The translations under genes were made by a program, and so were the position numbers. A stretch of DNA of 62,182 nt, counting the filler, from Rhabdomonas costata (taxonomy: Eukaryota): the NCBI GenBank assembly GCA_019059605.1. It is 29 parts of 29 records of this genome, joined end to end, with 100 filler letters (N's around TTAATTAATTAA, not from the genome) between each part and the next. Parts side by side here need not be neighbours in the genome. Positions count along the whole stretch, not along the records: positions 60,138 to 62,182 come from JAHMHO010006120.1; 28 more parts are not named here. The stretch is one strand, 5' to 3'. Under the pieces are notes generated by a model, which was given only the letters and a program-made list of their open reading frames with translations, was not told the origin of the DNA and did no database searches. Below, piece after piece: positions 61,462 through 62,182 of this stretch. How positions within the stretch are numbered: the stretch's first letter is position 1; each line of letters starts with the position of its first letter.

Positions 61462-62182
61462 TGAGGAATTTCAAAACAACCTACAACCCCAACGTTTCAG
61501 AACACAATGCTCTAACCGTCAGAGGGAATGAGCAACAAAAAAACAGACGTACCCTGCACTCTGGAAACTTGTTCACCAGCAGGAGTTGGACCAAAGGGTG
61601 AGCCCCCTCTTGCGTTAGCAGCACAATGGCGGAGGAGAACACAAACGTCGCGCTGGAGAAGGAAGTGAAGCAACGTTCAAGCTCATAATGACATAATGAC
61701 GGATGCGGTTACCGTGCTGCGAGAACCATAAAACAACCATCCATAAGTCCAAACCGGGAAACCCCATTGCGGCTCGTTGCGGCTCTTCCATTTATCAGGG
61801 GAGCAAGATCCCAACCGCGCCCTTTTTCAGCGTGTGGTTTTCCAGTACCGCAGTATCCCAAGGCATTTAACCCCCAGAAATCAAGCGCGCTGAAAATTGG
61901 CGATGGAGGGGGTTTAAGCCTTCGTTCTTCAAATAGTTTTGGTCTCACTTAATTAATTATGACAAAACTCGATGCAAAAGGGGACCAGCACTTCCTGCTG
62001 TCACGGCGATCAACAGATTCTGAGATCTTGTTTCCCAACTTCACTTTGGGGAACTTTCTCCAACGGAGATTTCTTCCTCACGCTTTTCTCTCTTCAAATT
62101 ATTTAGATGTGGTTCGCCCACTACGTACTCTTCCTTAGGGATGAGGGAATGCTGAAGTGCGGTGGCGCTGGAGGTCGGGGTC

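Overview
This window is not one locus. It is 29 unrelated contigs of about 2.05 kb, roughly sorted by length and joined by an artificial 100-nt spacer (N44-TTAATTAATTAA-N44). Most contigs start with G/T-only bases and end with A/C-only bases, and three open with fold-back inversions, which points to a whole-genome-amplified (probably single-cell) library. The DNA is eukaryotic: GC-rich exons are split by GT-AG introns and at least one GC-AG intron, in the standard genetic code. A euglenid-like protist is my tentative inference. Splicing by hand gives fragments of INTS1 (Integrator), NOC2, Sds22/PPP1R7, eukaryotic-type ALAD/HemB, a rhodanese/MST, a CaaX-ended DnaJA, a second J-protein, an R-S-E-type ADP-ribosyltransferase with a large, possibly WWE-like insert, and many prokaryote-style signalling modules (2 HisKA, 1 receiver, 2 Cache-like receptors, 1 cyclase-type C-terminus). 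The most notable signals are the ART architecture, 5' splice sites defined by exonic AG with a weak intronic consensus, co-directional neighbouring genes, a duplicated exon start in a histidine kinase, and several small dispersed repeats. I found no supportable rRNA, tRNA or CRISPR array. All family assignments come from motif recognition by eye, not database searches.
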